Of a stretch of DNA of 64,000 nt, positions 38,987 through 48,667 are shown piece by piece. Under the pieces are notes generated by a model. It was not told the DNA's origin. It was given only the letters and a program-made list of their open reading frames with translations, and ran no database searches. A program made the position numbers and the translations under genes. This DNA comes from a virus (taxonomy: Duplodnaviria > Caudoviricetes). The stretch covers positions 1 through 64,000 of IMG/VR virus record IMGVR_UViG_2900588628_000001. The stretch is one strand, 5' to 3'. The stretch's first letter is position 1. Each line of letters begins with the position of its first letter.

Positions 38987-40429
38987 TCAATGACTCCAGA
39001 GGCCGTCGTTGTACGTCGCCTGCGTCACGTTCACCGTGAGCGAGTCGTTGGTGACGTATCGGTATTGCTCAGGCTTGGGCGCGGCCTGCGCCGGAACAAG
39101 GATCTGCACGTCGCTGCCGTCATCCTGCAGCGCGACAATGCCGTCCGTCGTGTTCGTGAGCGCGGTATTCACTTTCTTGCTGGAAAGCGTCAGCATGCCG
39201 CGCTTGGTCGCGGCAGAGCCCTTGCCGTACAGCGCGAGCACCTTGGACCGGATTTGCGCCTCAACGTCGGCCGTGTCGTGCACGACGGACACCTGCGCAT
39301 CGATCGTCATCGGCAGAGGCGTATCGACCTCATCAACGAACTTGACCCAGTACGAATCGTCGGCCGCCGCGATCACCTTTTTAATCTGCGTCTGCATCCA
39401 CGTTGGATCACTGCCGTCCGACGTCGCGAACGCAACGAACATGCGGTTGATGTTGTTGACGCTGCCACCGCGCACGCTTTCCTCGATCTGCTCATTCCAG
39501 ACGGACAGAAAGTCGAGGTTGTTCAGGTTGCGGCGGATAAGCGCATCAAAGTTGCCGAGAAAGACAGCCGACGAATCGTATTGCGGCGGCACGCTCGCCC
39601 ACTCGCGCAGCGTCTCGATATCAATCGGGTCCATACCCGGATTGACGACGGCCGTCATTGCGAACGTGGCCTGCCGGTCGTGCGAATCGACCGTCGATTC
39701 GAACGTGAAAACGGAGTTCACGTCCACCGCGAGCTTGCCGTAGGTTTCCTCAACGACGAAGTCGATCACGGTGCCGTTCGCCGGTTGCACGCCGAACGTG
39801 TTGGCCCACCCGAACTTGACCCATAGCTGGCGCAGTTCATCCGTCTCGATGATGTAGCCGGGATCACCCGCGAGCAGGTTGGCGAACTCAGGCGTGTATG
39901 GGAACAGCACGCCGCCCACGCTCACGCGCAGGCCGCTGATCTGCTGTTCGGTGTCCGTGTTCGGCGTGATCTGCACCGGGTAGAAGGGCGCGGAGCCCGA
40001 CACCGTATGCGTGAGAGGTCGCTCAGTCACCTGTTTGACGGTCACTGGTGCCGTGCCGCCTGCAGGGATGATCGCGGCCGACTCAGCGACGTAGACGCGG
40101 CCATAGGAGTCGAGAAAGCGGCGGCCGGTCACCACGTTGAGCGCCACGACGTCCGGGTTCTTACCCGTCAGCACGGCTCGCGGCGGCACCGCGAACGGAA
40201 GGATGCCCTTCAATGCGGCATCCGCGAGCACGGTCGTATCGCGGGTTTTGCTGAACGCCTCAGTGCTCTCAACATCGATCTGAGACGACACCATAGCAAG
40301 CATGGTTGCAATCGAAGACAGTTGCATGAGCAGGCGCGGGTCGTTCGCCTGAAAGTACAGGGCGGCGGTCGGGTAGTCCTGTGCGGCGGCCTGTACGGCG
40401 GTCCAGAAGTCGTCGCGGGTCAAAGCCAT
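38987..40429 (-). CDS. Baseplate J-like protein (P1 BplA-like)
   Basis: 480 aa; FSKTRDTTVLADA, VKFG, GMDPIDIETLR, SVWNEQIEE. Confidence 0.75.
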   Translation of the reverse strand: MALTRDDFWTAVQAAAQDYPTAALYFQANDPRLLMQLSSIATMLAMVSSQIDVESTEAFSKTRDTTVLADAALKGILPFAVPPRAVLTGKNPDVVALNVVTGRRFLDSYGRVYVAESAAIIPAGGTAPVTVKQVTERPLTHTVSGSAPFYPVQITPNTDTEQQISGLRVSVGGVLFPYTPEFANLLAGDPGYIIETDELRQLWVKFGWANTFGVQPANGTVIDFVVEETYGKLAVDVNSVFTFESTVDSHDRQATFAMTAVVNPGMDPIDIETLREWASVPPQYDSSAVFLGNFDALIRRNLNNLDFLSVWNEQIEESVRGGSVNNINRMFVAFATSDGSDPTWMQTQIKKVIAAADDSYWVKFVDEVDTPLPMTIDAQVSVVHDTADVEAQIRSKVLALYGKGSAATKRGMLTLSSKKVNTALTNTTDGIVALQDDGSDVQILVPAQAAPKPEQYRYVTNDSLTVNVTQATYNDGLWSH

Positions 40430-40729
40430 TTAGTTGTCGCTCCCATTCGGTACGGGCACAAATTCGCCCGCGACCTCGATGTACAGATTGCGCTTGTCCG
40501 GCCCGGTGTCTTCGGCGTAGATATTGACGCTGCCACGCGGCAGCGCGGCAATAAGCGGCACGTCGTTGCGCAGCTTGGCGATAGTCGCGTCAGCGAGGCC
40601 CGCTGCGAGCGGGGTTTGCAACATGTCGGTCACGATCTGGCCGTAATCGCTCCCCAAATAGCCATTGAGGGGCGTCGAAAGCCAGTGCGTCGTCATATCA
40701 ACGAGGTCGGATGCGGGGATTTTTGCCAT
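40430..40729 (-). CDS. Baseplate sheath initiator (P1 PmgA / GPW-gp25-like)
   Basis: HWLSTPLNGYLGSDYG..IAKLRNDVP; precedes the BplA-like gene as in P1. Confidence 0.7.
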   Translation of the reverse strand: MAKIPASDLVDMTTHWLSTPLNGYLGSDYGQIVTDMLQTPLAAGLADATIAKLRNDVPLIAALPRGSVNIYAEDTGPDKRNLYIEVAGEFVPVPNGSDN

Positions 40730-40735
40730 ACGTGA

Positions 40736-40778
40736 ATGCTACGGCCGCCCCGTCACATATAGACGTGTCGTTTTCCTA
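40736..40778 (-). promoter_or_regulatory. Late promoter for the baseplate/protease operon; probably leaderless
   Basis: TAGGAAAA (40778-40771), N29, TAGCAT ending 7 nt before the A of the ATG at 40729. Confidence 0.75.
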
Positions 40779-40799
40779 CCGGCGAGAAACTGTAAAAAT

Positions 40800-40841
40800 A
40801 TAGATATGTCTATTGCCATAGTTGCGCTTGGTCATTAATAT
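40800..40841 (+). promoter_or_regulatory. sigma70 promoter preceded by near-palindrome ATAGATATGTCTAT
   Basis: TTGCCA (40813)-N17-TAATAT; palindrome at 40800-40813. Confidence 0.55.
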
Positions 40842-40866
40842 GTCGATATTCCGATACGGGGAAGCG

Positions 40867-41067
40867 ATGACCACCACGCGATACCTTTGCAGCGTCTGCA
40901 GCACGCCACACAAGCGGCAGCATCATGCCGTCGAGTGCTGCTCGACGGGCAAGGAATTGACGGCGGATGAGCTGGAGTCGATAGGCCAAACGCGGCTTTT
41001 TGACGACGGCCCGCCGCCCGCGCGCCCTGTAGCGGTCGAGCCGGACGGACAGACGCTGCTTTTCTGA
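40867..41067 (+). CDS. Small Cys/His-rich hypothetical protein
   Basis: GGGGAAG RBS; CxxC...H...CC. Confidence 0.5.
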   Translation: MTTTRYLCSVCSTPHKRQHHAVECCSTGKELTADELESIGQTRLFDDGPPPARPVAVEPDGQTLLF

Positions 41068-41301
41068 TCCGAACGGGTTTCACACGCGGCCCTCAATTTC
41101 ATTTGATGAGGACTACCAATAAGACGGGGCAACAATGGCAGCGCACAAGACAGACGCGGTCAAGGTTGCCGTTGCGCTGGTCGTAAAGGGCAGAGTCCCG
41201 ACGGCTTATGCGGCGGCAAAGCAGACCGGCGTATCGGCGTCCTCGATACACCGTGATCCGACATACCAGGCATGGAAGAAAGCAAAGGGGCAGGGCAAGC
41301 A

Positions 41302-41688
41302 ATGAACACGATGACGCTCGAACAGTTTCACGCAGCACTCAAGGCGCAAGGCGTCAAGTCGCACATTGACTTCGCGTTCGTTTGCCCGATGTGCAAAACG
41401 GTCCAGTCCGGGCGCGACCTGATCGCGGCGGGCGCGGGTGCGGATTTCGCCAAGGTCGATAAGTATCTGGCTTTCTCGTGCTACGGCCGCTTTACCGGCG
41501 CGGGATCGTCGCGCAAAGAGCCGGACGGCAATCCCTGCGATTGGTCACTTGGCGGCCTGTTCCAGTTTCACGAACTGGAGGTTGTGACGCCCGACGGCGC
41601 GAAGAACCCGCGCTTTGCGCTTGCCACGCCTGAGCAGGCGCAGGCACACGCAGCAAAGCACGCGGCAGAGGCGCAGGTGACCCAATGA
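41302..41688 (+). CDS. VVA0879-like phage protein
   Basis: FVCPMCKTVQS..FSCYGRF..CDWSLGGLF. Confidence 0.7.
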   Translation: MNTMTLEQFHAALKAQGVKSHIDFAFVCPMCKTVQSGRDLIAAGAGADFAKVDKYLAFSCYGRFTGAGSSRKEPDGNPCDWSLGGLFQFHELEVVTPDGAKNPRFALATPEQAQAHAAKHAAEAQVTQ

Positions 41689-42263
41689 GCACGCAGGCAA
41701 CGCCGTATCAGATAGAACTGTTGCAGCACACACTAGGGCTCTCTGGCAAGACGCGCGGCAATCACACGCCGCACCGCAATCACTTCGTGGCGGGCAACGG
41801 GCACCACGACATGAAGCACCTCGAAGCGCTTGAGGGCTTGGGCCTGATGGAACGCCGCCCGTCGCCGGGTTTTCTCGTGGACGGTGACATTGTGTTTGCC
41901 GCGACCGATATCGGCCGCTCGACAGCGCTTGCGGCTCTGCCGGAACCCAAGCCGCGCACGAAGTATGAGGATTACCTCGATGCCGACGGTTGCGCCGGAC
42001 GCAATTTCGGCGAGTTTCTTTGCGGCGGCCGTCTGCCTGAATATGAGTCTCGACAGGCGTATGGCAACGCCCCGCGCGACCGCAGGGGTTATGAATACCG
42101 CATGTTCCGCCGTACCGCGTGGATTGGTCACTGGTCGAGCGTTCGTGAGGTAGAGGGCGACTGGTGCAAGACGATGAAAGAGGCGAAGGCAAGCTACAAG
42201 GCCGCGCTCAAACGTCATCACGAAAAGCTGCGCGCCGCACAGAAGCGGAGGCCCGCGCAATGA
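41685..42263 (+). CDS. Hypothetical phage protein
   Basis: LLQHTLG..RNHFVAG pattern; ATGA coupling. Confidence 0.65.
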   Translation: MSTQATPYQIELLQHTLGLSGKTRGNHTPHRNHFVAGNGHHDMKHLEALEGLGLMERRPSPGFLVDGDIVFAATDIGRSTALAALPEPKPRTKYEDYLDADGCAGRNFGEFLCGGRLPEYESRQAYGNAPRDRRGYEYRMFRRTAWIGHWSSVREVEGDWCKTMKEAKASYKAALKRHHEKLRAAQKRRPAQ

Positions 42264-42925
42264 TTTTCAATATGTTCGGGCACGAGCAAATCGAACTGCT
42301 CTCGTTCACCCATGTGGCTATCCGCGCGCCGCGCGCCGACGTTATCGGCGAGGTCGTGATGGCGGAAAAGTGGCAAGAGTACATGCAGCGCTTGGCCCCG
42401 TCGATTCACGACGAATGCGACGAATACGGCTTCCGCTCGCTGATGGCCTCATTCCCGTTTCCGCTTACGCAACGTCTCGCGACCGTCGCGGCGTCGTTCA
42501 TTCAGTGGCTTGGCACGAACTGCGGCCGGTGCTTCCTTGGCGACGCTGAAAAGGCGGCGAAGGCACTGGACAACCGGCACGACGCCTACGCGGCCGCCTG
42601 GGCACTCGAAAACGTGCGGCACCTTGGGATCAATGGCGGCGTGCGCACCATCGAGGCCGCGCTCGCACCTAAGGACCATTACCAATACGGCGCGTTGAAA
42701 CGTCTGCCGGACCTCACCGAACAGGACTATGAGGCCGTCGAGCACGTTGTGCTCTGGCTTGGCATGAGGGAAGGCAAGGCGTTCATCGCGGAATGCGAGC
42801 GCGAGATTACCCAACGTCTCGACGCTCAACGGCATGCGCGCATCGCAGAGTGGCGCAAGCAAAACACCGTCGCCCACCTGCGCGAAAAGACGAAGCTGGT
42901 CAACAAACGGGATGAATGGCGATGA
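42260..42925 (+). CDS. Hypothetical phage protein
   Basis: ATGA coupling at 42260; VAASFIQWLGTNCG. Confidence 0.6.
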   Translation: MIFNMFGHEQIELLSFTHVAIRAPRADVIGEVVMAEKWQEYMQRLAPSIHDECDEYGFRSLMASFPFPLTQRLATVAASFIQWLGTNCGRCFLGDAEKAAKALDNRHDAYAAAWALENVRHLGINGGVRTIEAALAPKDHYQYGALKRLPDLTEQDYEAVEHVVLWLGMREGKAFIAECEREITQRLDAQRHARIAEWRKQNTVAHLREKTKLVNKRDEWR

Positions 42926-43278
42926 ATTTCGACCTCAAAAAGCCGTGCGCGCAATGCCCGTTTCGCACTGACGTCGAGCCGTATCTGCGCACCGAACGCG
43001 TCGAAGAACTGTGCGATGCCATCGTGCGCCACGACAAGACGTTTCAGTGTCACAAGACGCTCACGCACGACGATGAAGGCCGCGCGCTGCCGACGGACAA
43101 GGATCAGCACTGTGCGGGCGCACTCATCATGCTCGAACACATGCGGCGGCCCAATCAGATGATGCGCATTGCGTACCGCCTTGGGTTTTACGACAAACGC
43201 AAGCTGGACATGAGCGCGCCGGTGTACATGCAGGCCCGCGACATGATCGACGCTCACGCGGCCCACAACGGAGACTGA
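42916..43278 (+). CDS. Cys-rich hypothetical phage protein
   Basis: KPCAQCPFR..FQCHKT..QHCAGA. Confidence 0.65.
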   Translation: MAMNFDLKKPCAQCPFRTDVEPYLRTERVEELCDAIVRHDKTFQCHKTLTHDDEGRALPTDKDQHCAGALIMLEHMRRPNQMMRIAYRLGFYDKRKLDMSAPVYMQARDMIDAHAAHNGD

Positions 43279-43282
43279 CCGC

Positions 43283-43918
43283 ATGACAAACCGCACGCGC
43301 GACCTCGTACAGATGGCAAAGGCCGTCGGGCTGGACGTGATTAAGCATTACCAGAAAGACTCACGCATCTTTGTTGATACCCGCGCAGCGAACGGCGTCA
43401 CGCGCGCTTTCAACATCACGAAGTCACCCAACGACATACGCGGCGACGTGAACGAGAGAGCGCGAATGAAGCGATTCGTAAATGAGAACCCGGCACCGAC
43501 CGCGCCGACACCTGAAACCCCTAAACGCAAAACGCTCACCGTGAAGAAAGCAGACAGCACACCTATCTCGCCCGATGCAGCACCGGCACCCGCTGCCGCT
43601 CCCGTCTCGACGGCCGCGCAGGAACTGACGCAAAAAGAGTTTTACCGGCTCTGCTCTTTCGTTGAGCAAGGCGAAGGCCCGGCCCAGTATTCGAGCCTTG
43701 AAGCCTACGCGATGCGCGTTTCGGGCGTTATGGGGCAGACCGTCAGCGAGGACGCTATTCGCGAGGCAATGGACGTCACCGGAACCGCGACACCTGATCG
43801 CTGGTTGCCCACGCTCGACCCGTCGGCCGTGCTCATCAAGGAAATGCACGCATTGATCGAATCCCTTGGACACAAGCCGTCGGCCGACTTCAAACGCCTG
43901 TTTGCTAGCGTCGCTTAA
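43283..43918 (+). CDS. Hypothetical protein
   Basis: 211 aa, GGAG RBS. Confidence 0.6.
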   Translation: MTNRTRDLVQMAKAVGLDVIKHYQKDSRIFVDTRAANGVTRAFNITKSPNDIRGDVNERARMKRFVNENPAPTAPTPETPKRKTLTVKKADSTPISPDAAPAPAAAPVSTAAQELTQKEFYRLCSFVEQGEGPAQYSSLEAYAMRVSGVMGQTVSEDAIREAMDVTGTATPDRWLPTLDPSAVLIKEMHALIESLGHKPSADFKRLFASVA

Positions 43919-43944
43919 CCCTCTCACTCATCACCACACACACC

Positions 43945-44946
43945 ATGACTCAACTTCGCATCAAGCGTCTGCACCCGGACGCACAAATCCCCCAGTTCGC
44001 CACGGCGGGCGCGGCCTGTATCGACCTGCACGCCATCGAGGCGGATTCGTTTAAGCCGCACCCGACGGACATGCACGCGTGCATTTTCCGCACCGGGCTC
44101 GCGGTCGAAATCCCGTCCGGCTATGTGCTCAAAATCTACTCGCGCAGCGGGCAGGGTTTCAAGGACGCGGTACGCCTCTCGAACTGTGTCGGCGTGATCG
44201 ACAGCGACTATCGCGGCGAAATTATGGTGAGCCTGCGCGCCGACGGTGACGACAGCAAGGCTGTCTACAAGGTCCGCGACGGTGACCGCATCGCTCAGGC
44301 AATGCTGGAATATGCGCCGCCGTTCGAGATTATCGAAGTCGGCGAACTTTCGGAAACGGCGCGCGGCGCGGGCGGCTTTGGCTCGACCGGCAAGGGCGCA
44401 GTTCCCGAAAACGATGTTCTGGCCGGTGACGACTGCGCGGACATGCTGCGCGGTACGCCTTACGAGGCGAGCATGGAAGCGCTCGCGCTCGCTCAGAAGT
44501 GGGAGAAACGCGGCGTGATCGTGACTATCGGGCGCACGAAAGACCATGTGAACGGCGGTGATCGCCCGCATGCGCAGGCGTGCCCGAAGGGCTCGAAGTT
44601 TCACGCCGAGCTACCGCTGACGAAAAGCCCGGAGGCGTCTGATGGCGCATGGCCGACGGCCGCCGCTGTCCCGGCACAGACGGCCGTGCTTGACATGGTG
44701 CAGTACACCCGCGACGACGAGAGCATTCAAACCGCGCTGATGCTGGTCGGCGATATCAAAGAGGTGCCGCTCGACGTGATCGCAACGTGGACGCTTGAGC
44801 AGTGCATTCAGGTACACGACTGGGCGCTTGCCGTGCACATGCAGGCATCGGACAACGATGATGTTGTTGTGCCGCCGCGCCCGGCCGTGCTCGACGCCTA
44901 CGAAATGACCGACGAAGAACGTTGCGACTCTTACAGGATCGTCTGA
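43945..44946 (+). CDS. dut: Trimeric dUTPase with long C-terminal extension
   Basis: Motifs I-V: AACIDL, SRSG, GVIDSDYRGEI, GDRIAQ, RGAGGFGSTG. Confidence 0.9.
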   Translation: MTQLRIKRLHPDAQIPQFATAGAACIDLHAIEADSFKPHPTDMHACIFRTGLAVEIPSGYVLKIYSRSGQGFKDAVRLSNCVGVIDSDYRGEIMVSLRADGDDSKAVYKVRDGDRIAQAMLEYAPPFEIIEVGELSETARGAGGFGSTGKGAVPENDVLAGDDCADMLRGTPYEASMEALALAQKWEKRGVIVTIGRTKDHVNGGDRPHAQACPKGSKFHAELPLTKSPEASDGAWPTAAAVPAQTAVLDMVQYTRDDESIQTALMLVGDIKEVPLDVIATWTLEQCIQVHDWALAVHMQASDNDDVVVPPRPAVLDAYEMTDEERCDSYRIV

Positions 44947-44947
44947 C

Positions 44948-45529
44948 ATGAGCGCGCCGGATATAAAGAAGCCCCTGCGCGCGTACACCGTCCACGACGG
45001 TGACGACGGCTATACCGTGGTGTTCGGGCGCACCAATGGGGCGGCGCGCGCCAGAGGCGCAAACGAACTCAATTGCGGGTTCGAGGACGTCGAGTATTGC
45101 TGGCGCGCGCCAGAGTTCGATGAGTACGCACCCGGCCCGGTGCCGTCGCAAGCGCAAATCGAGGCGGGCAACTGGCGATTCGAGTGCATGGAGTGCACAG
45201 ACTGGGTCGATGATGAGACGCCTGAGCCCGTCTACCTTGGACAGTTCGTGTTCTGCTGCAAAGAGTGTCACGCGTACTACCAACGCGACAAGCGCGATCA
45301 GGCCGATTTCGAAGACATGGCCTGCGAGCTTCTGGCGGCCCGCTATCCGGGCGCGGTGTTGCACCACGTCGCTCGCGTCAAGAGCGATGAGCGCATGCCT
45401 ATCGAGCTTCACTTCACGTTTCCGGGCGGCCAGTATTCGGTGCACTGGATCAGCGGCGAATCGACTGCCTCTGTCCATCCCGACGATGTTGACGCCTTTG
45501 TTTCCCTATACCGCAAGAGCAAACAATGA
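44948..45529 (+). CDS. Hypothetical phage protein with Cys motifs
   Basis: LRAYTV..VVF..ARARGANEL..RAPEFDEY..W.FEC..C. Confidence 0.65.
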   Translation: MSAPDIKKPLRAYTVHDGDDGYTVVFGRTNGAARARGANELNCGFEDVEYCWRAPEFDEYAPGPVPSQAQIEAGNWRFECMECTDWVDDETPEPVYLGQFVFCCKECHAYYQRDKRDQADFEDMACELLAARYPGAVLHHVARVKSDERMPIELHFTFPGGQYSVHWISGESTASVHPDDVDAFVSLYRKSKQ

Positions 45530-46833
45530 AAATCAAATTCTGCGACACCAATGCCAACGTTGCGAACGCGCTGCACACCATTTTCGCAGGCGTGCCCGAT
45601 GTGACCGTGATGAACGGCAACATTCTGACGCTCACCGGCGATGCCATCGTGAGCCCGGCCAACAGTTTCGGCCGGATGGATGGCGGCATCGACGCGGCGT
45701 ATGTCCGCCAGTTCGGTATCGAGATTCAGCGGCGCGTGCAGGCCGCTATCGGAACCTTCTATGACGATGGCCTGCCCGTCGGCGAGGCCATCACGGTAAA
45801 GACCGGCCATGCCAAAGTGCCGCTTCTGATCGCCGCACCGACCATGCGCGTACCTGGCATCGTTAGCGGCACGGATCACGCCTATCAGGCGATGCGCGCG
45901 GCACTCAGGCAGGCGCGGCAGCACAACGTCAAGACGCTGCTCTGTCCGGGCCTGTGCACGCTCACCGGCCGTATGGACCCGTATGAGGCGGCATCGCAGA
46001 TGCACCGCGCCTATGTCGAGTTCAAGGCGAACGGGCATATCAACATCGAGGCGAAAGACCTCGCCGACTGGCTCACGAGCTTTCTGCAGAATCACGCGAA
46101 TCTCACGCAACTGCCTGCACTCATCACCGCCGAGCGCGCCCTGAGCGTGGTGCCGCGTGAAAACCTCGAAAACGTCACGGCGATGATGCTCGAACAGATT
46201 CACCGCCGTCTGACGACTTTCGAGCGCGAACCGGCCGCGCGTGCGCTCGCGCTGATCGCCGACGCATTGGGTATGGGCTCGCTCACGCGCACGCCCGACA
46301 ACGTCGCACAGGGCGTAATGATGGCGCGCGATCACGCCGAGCGCATGCTCACATACCTGCGTATGAGCATGGATCATTTCGGCATCGAGGCGGGCGACGA
46401 ATGCGAACTGCCTGAGGCAATCCGCAAGCTGAAGTCGCTCGCGGGCAAAGGCGCACTAACGGCAGAGCATGACACGCTGGAAAACGCCGCGCGCTCGATC
46501 ACCCGGCATTACAGCGAGCAGTGGGCAGCCGAATCGGACCCGGAAGGTAAGGGCGTTCGTGTCGGCACGCGTCACGAGGACGACTCGCTTAACGAGTTCA
46601 TTCACGTCTACGTCTCGAATTACTCGATGGATGAGGCCGACGATTACGCGCTGGCGCAATACATCACGCTCGTGCGTCCGGCCAACATCGCCGCCATGTT
46701 CGATCTGATCCGCGAGCAGGCGAATACGATCAAGTTGCGCGATAAGGAACTGGAGATTTACAGGGCGGCGGCGAGCAGCGCAGCGGAAATGCTCGTGCCG
46801 GGCGGCGCGTTGCTCGAATCCGCCGCGATTTAA
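45526..46833 (+). CDS. Macrodomain (ADP-ribose binding/hydrolase) protein with C-terminal extension
   Basis: DAIVSPANSFGRMDGGIDAA, LIAAPTMRVP, CPGLCTLTG. Confidence 0.85.
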   Translation: MKIKFCDTNANVANALHTIFAGVPDVTVMNGNILTLTGDAIVSPANSFGRMDGGIDAAYVRQFGIEIQRRVQAAIGTFYDDGLPVGEAITVKTGHAKVPLLIAAPTMRVPGIVSGTDHAYQAMRAALRQARQHNVKTLLCPGLCTLTGRMDPYEAASQMHRAYVEFKANGHINIEAKDLADWLTSFLQNHANLTQLPALITAERALSVVPRENLENVTAMMLEQIHRRLTTFEREPAARALALIADALGMGSLTRTPDNVAQGVMMARDHAERMLTYLRMSMDHFGIEAGDECELPEAIRKLKSLAGKGALTAEHDTLENAARSITRHYSEQWAAESDPEGKGVRVGTRHEDDSLNEFIHVYVSNYSMDEADDYALAQYITLVRPANIAAMFDLIREQANTIKLRDKELEIYRAAASSAAEMLVPGGALLESAAI

Positions 46834-46846
46834 TTCGCCCACACCC

Positions 46847-46889
46847 ATAGACATGTCTATTGACAGCCTCAACCGTGACAACATACGAT
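46847..46889 (+). promoter_or_regulatory. Early sigma70 promoter with operator GTGACAACATAC and upstream palindrome ATAGACATGTCTAT
   Basis: TTGACA (46860)-N18-TACGAT; operator 46875-46886; palindrome 46847-46860. Confidence 0.8.
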
Positions 46890-46920
46890 TGAGGCTCATT
46901 ACACACAAACGGGGTTCCGA

Positions 46921-47106
46921 ATGAGCGCAGGCGACGTGAGCGAAGTGCACAAGCTGCACAACGCATTCAGCATTGCAACAGGCCTCATCACGCTGATTCT
47001 CTGCGCGGCGGCTTGGTTCTATCCGATGTATCAGGACTACCGCCAGTGCCGCAAAGAGGGCCACACGTCGGCGTTCTGCTACTACCTCTTGCGCACGCCG
47101 CAATGA
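46921..47106 (+). CDS. Small membrane protein
   Basis: One hydrophobic helix; first gene after the promoter. Confidence 0.55.
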   Translation: MSAGDVSEVHKLHNAFSIATGLITLILCAAAWFYPMYQDYRQCRKEGHTSAFCYYLLRTPQ

Positions 47107-47300
47107 GCGAGCGGGTAGGGCACGCGTACATGGCGCGCGTGTTCCTCGCGCAGGCGAGGGCAAAGCGGCACCTGCCCGGCGCGCACGCGGTTCTGATGCA
47201 ATGGGCGGCAAACAGGCGGCGACGCTACGCGGAAACACTACGCACGCCGCCCGTCATCACCGCGCCCGTACAGGGTGATTTGTTCGAAGGGCTTTTCTGA
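47103..47300 (+). CDS. Hypothetical protein
   Basis: ATGA coupling; ARVFLAQAR..LMQWAANRRRR..QGDLF. Confidence 0.6.
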   Translation: MSERVGHAYMARVFLAQARAKRHLPGAHAVLMQWAANRRRRYAETLRTPPVITAPVQGDLFEGLF

Positions 47301-47482
47301 TGGTCAGCGACAAAAGCATAGACCTGCGCATCAAGGCAGAGCGGATCATCCGCGCTGATCGGCTCGCGAACGGCCGCGACGTTTCGCACCTGCAGTTTGA
47401 GAGGCGATACACAGAAGCACTCATTGCGTATCGCGACGCGGTTATCCGCATCAACGAAGTGCTCACCAAACTCTTTCCATGA
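47300..47482 (+). CDS. Hypothetical protein
   Basis: TGATG coupling. Confidence 0.55.
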   Translation: MVSDKSIDLRIKAERIIRADRLANGRDVSHLQFERRYTEALIAYRDAVIRINEVLTKLFP

Positions 47483-47829
47483 AAACTCAGCGACCACCAC
47501 AAACCGATGAGGCAATCGCGGGGCTTGCAATCGCCGCGCTTCGTGAGCACGGCTCGATGCGGCTCAAGCCGCTTTGCGCCATCGTGCACGTACACCATAA
47601 GCGCTTAGGTCCGGTCCTCACTGCGCTCGCAATGAGCGGCCGTTTGCACCGCGTCGCCGACGGCCAACGCGAGGGCTCGACGGTCTACCTGTACGAGGCA
47701 ATCTGCGAAGACGTCGCGCCGCCCGCCGCGCCCGCACGCGCACCGATTTCGTTTAACGCGGCGGCCACGCTGGCGGCATTTCAGGCCACAGCGCAGCGCT
47801 TCGCAATGGGTTTCGCACCGGCCGCCTGA
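47479..47829 (+). CDS. Putative winged-helix protein
   Basis: ALREHGSMRLKPLC..L..L.MSGRL pattern. Confidence 0.5.
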   Translation: MKTQRPPQTDEAIAGLAIAALREHGSMRLKPLCAIVHVHHKRLGPVLTALAMSGRLHRVADGQREGSTVYLYEAICEDVAPPAAPARAPISFNAAATLAAFQATAQRFAMGFAPAA

Positions 47830-47846
47830 GGCCAAAGGAGAATCAA

Positions 47847-48386
47847 ATGGGCTGGAAACTGCTGAAAGAGACGTTCGCGATCACGCATCATATGAAGGTC
47901 GTAGGCGACAACGTATTGATCGGATCAAGCTATGTCGGCAATCTCGCAACGATCAATTCGAAAACGGGCGCGCTCACGGAAAACGAGACGTTCCCGCGCT
48001 TTCTGCGCGAGAACTATCCAGCACTGCTCAAAGCCGAGCCCGCTACGCTCGCGCACCTGATCGCGACGGCGGACACGTTTGAGGCCTCGATTCCCGTCTA
48101 CACCTATGACGGCGGCGAAATCATTGAGCGCAAGTGTGAAGTGCCGGGATGGCCGAACGCCACGCACGACGGCGAAATGATGTACGAGAACACGCATTCG
48201 ACCAAAAAGACAGAGGTTGTCGCGTGGGCGAAGCGCAACGCTCATCTGGCCGTCAGATTCACCAATGAGCACATTGAGCGGCTTGAGAAGGAACTTGCCG
48301 ACGCGCGCGCGAGCCTTGCGCGCCATACAGCCGACGTCGAAAAGCTGGCGGCCGACTATCCCGACGTCGCAGCGGACACTGACTGA
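47847..48386 (+). CDS. Hypothetical phage protein
   Basis: AAAGGAG RBS; 179 aa. Confidence 0.7.
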   Translation: MGWKLLKETFAITHHMKVVGDNVLIGSSYVGNLATINSKTGALTENETFPRFLRENYPALLKAEPATLAHLIATADTFEASIPVYTYDGGEIIERKCEVPGWPNATHDGEMMYENTHSTKKTEVVAWAKRNAHLAVRFTNEHIERLEKELADARASLARHTADVEKLAADYPDVAADTD

Positions 48387-48667
48387 TGAACATCATTCAC
48401 GAGCACGACACCGGCAAGGGCTTCAAGATCCGGCGCGGCGGCGCGTATCGCGGCAGCACCGGCGAGGTGCGCTATGTCCATAGCATCCACAAGCCCGGCA
48501 GCGGGTACGGCGTGACGTGGGATAGCGTCTCGTATGAGGACTATTACAAACAGGGCAAGGGAGCCGTGTTCTACAGCGAGCGCGATGACCGGCCGCACGG
48601 CTACATGACAATGAAGGCGTTTAAGGACTGGGCTGTCCGCGACGTCACACCGGAGCATTTGAAGTGA
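48386..48667 (+). CDS. Hypothetical protein
   Basis: Coupled operon. Confidence 0.6.
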   Translation: MNIIHEHDTGKGFKIRRGGAYRGSTGEVRYVHSIHKPGSGYGVTWDSVSYEDYYKQGKGAVFYSERDDRPHGYMTMKAFKDWAVRDVTPEHLK

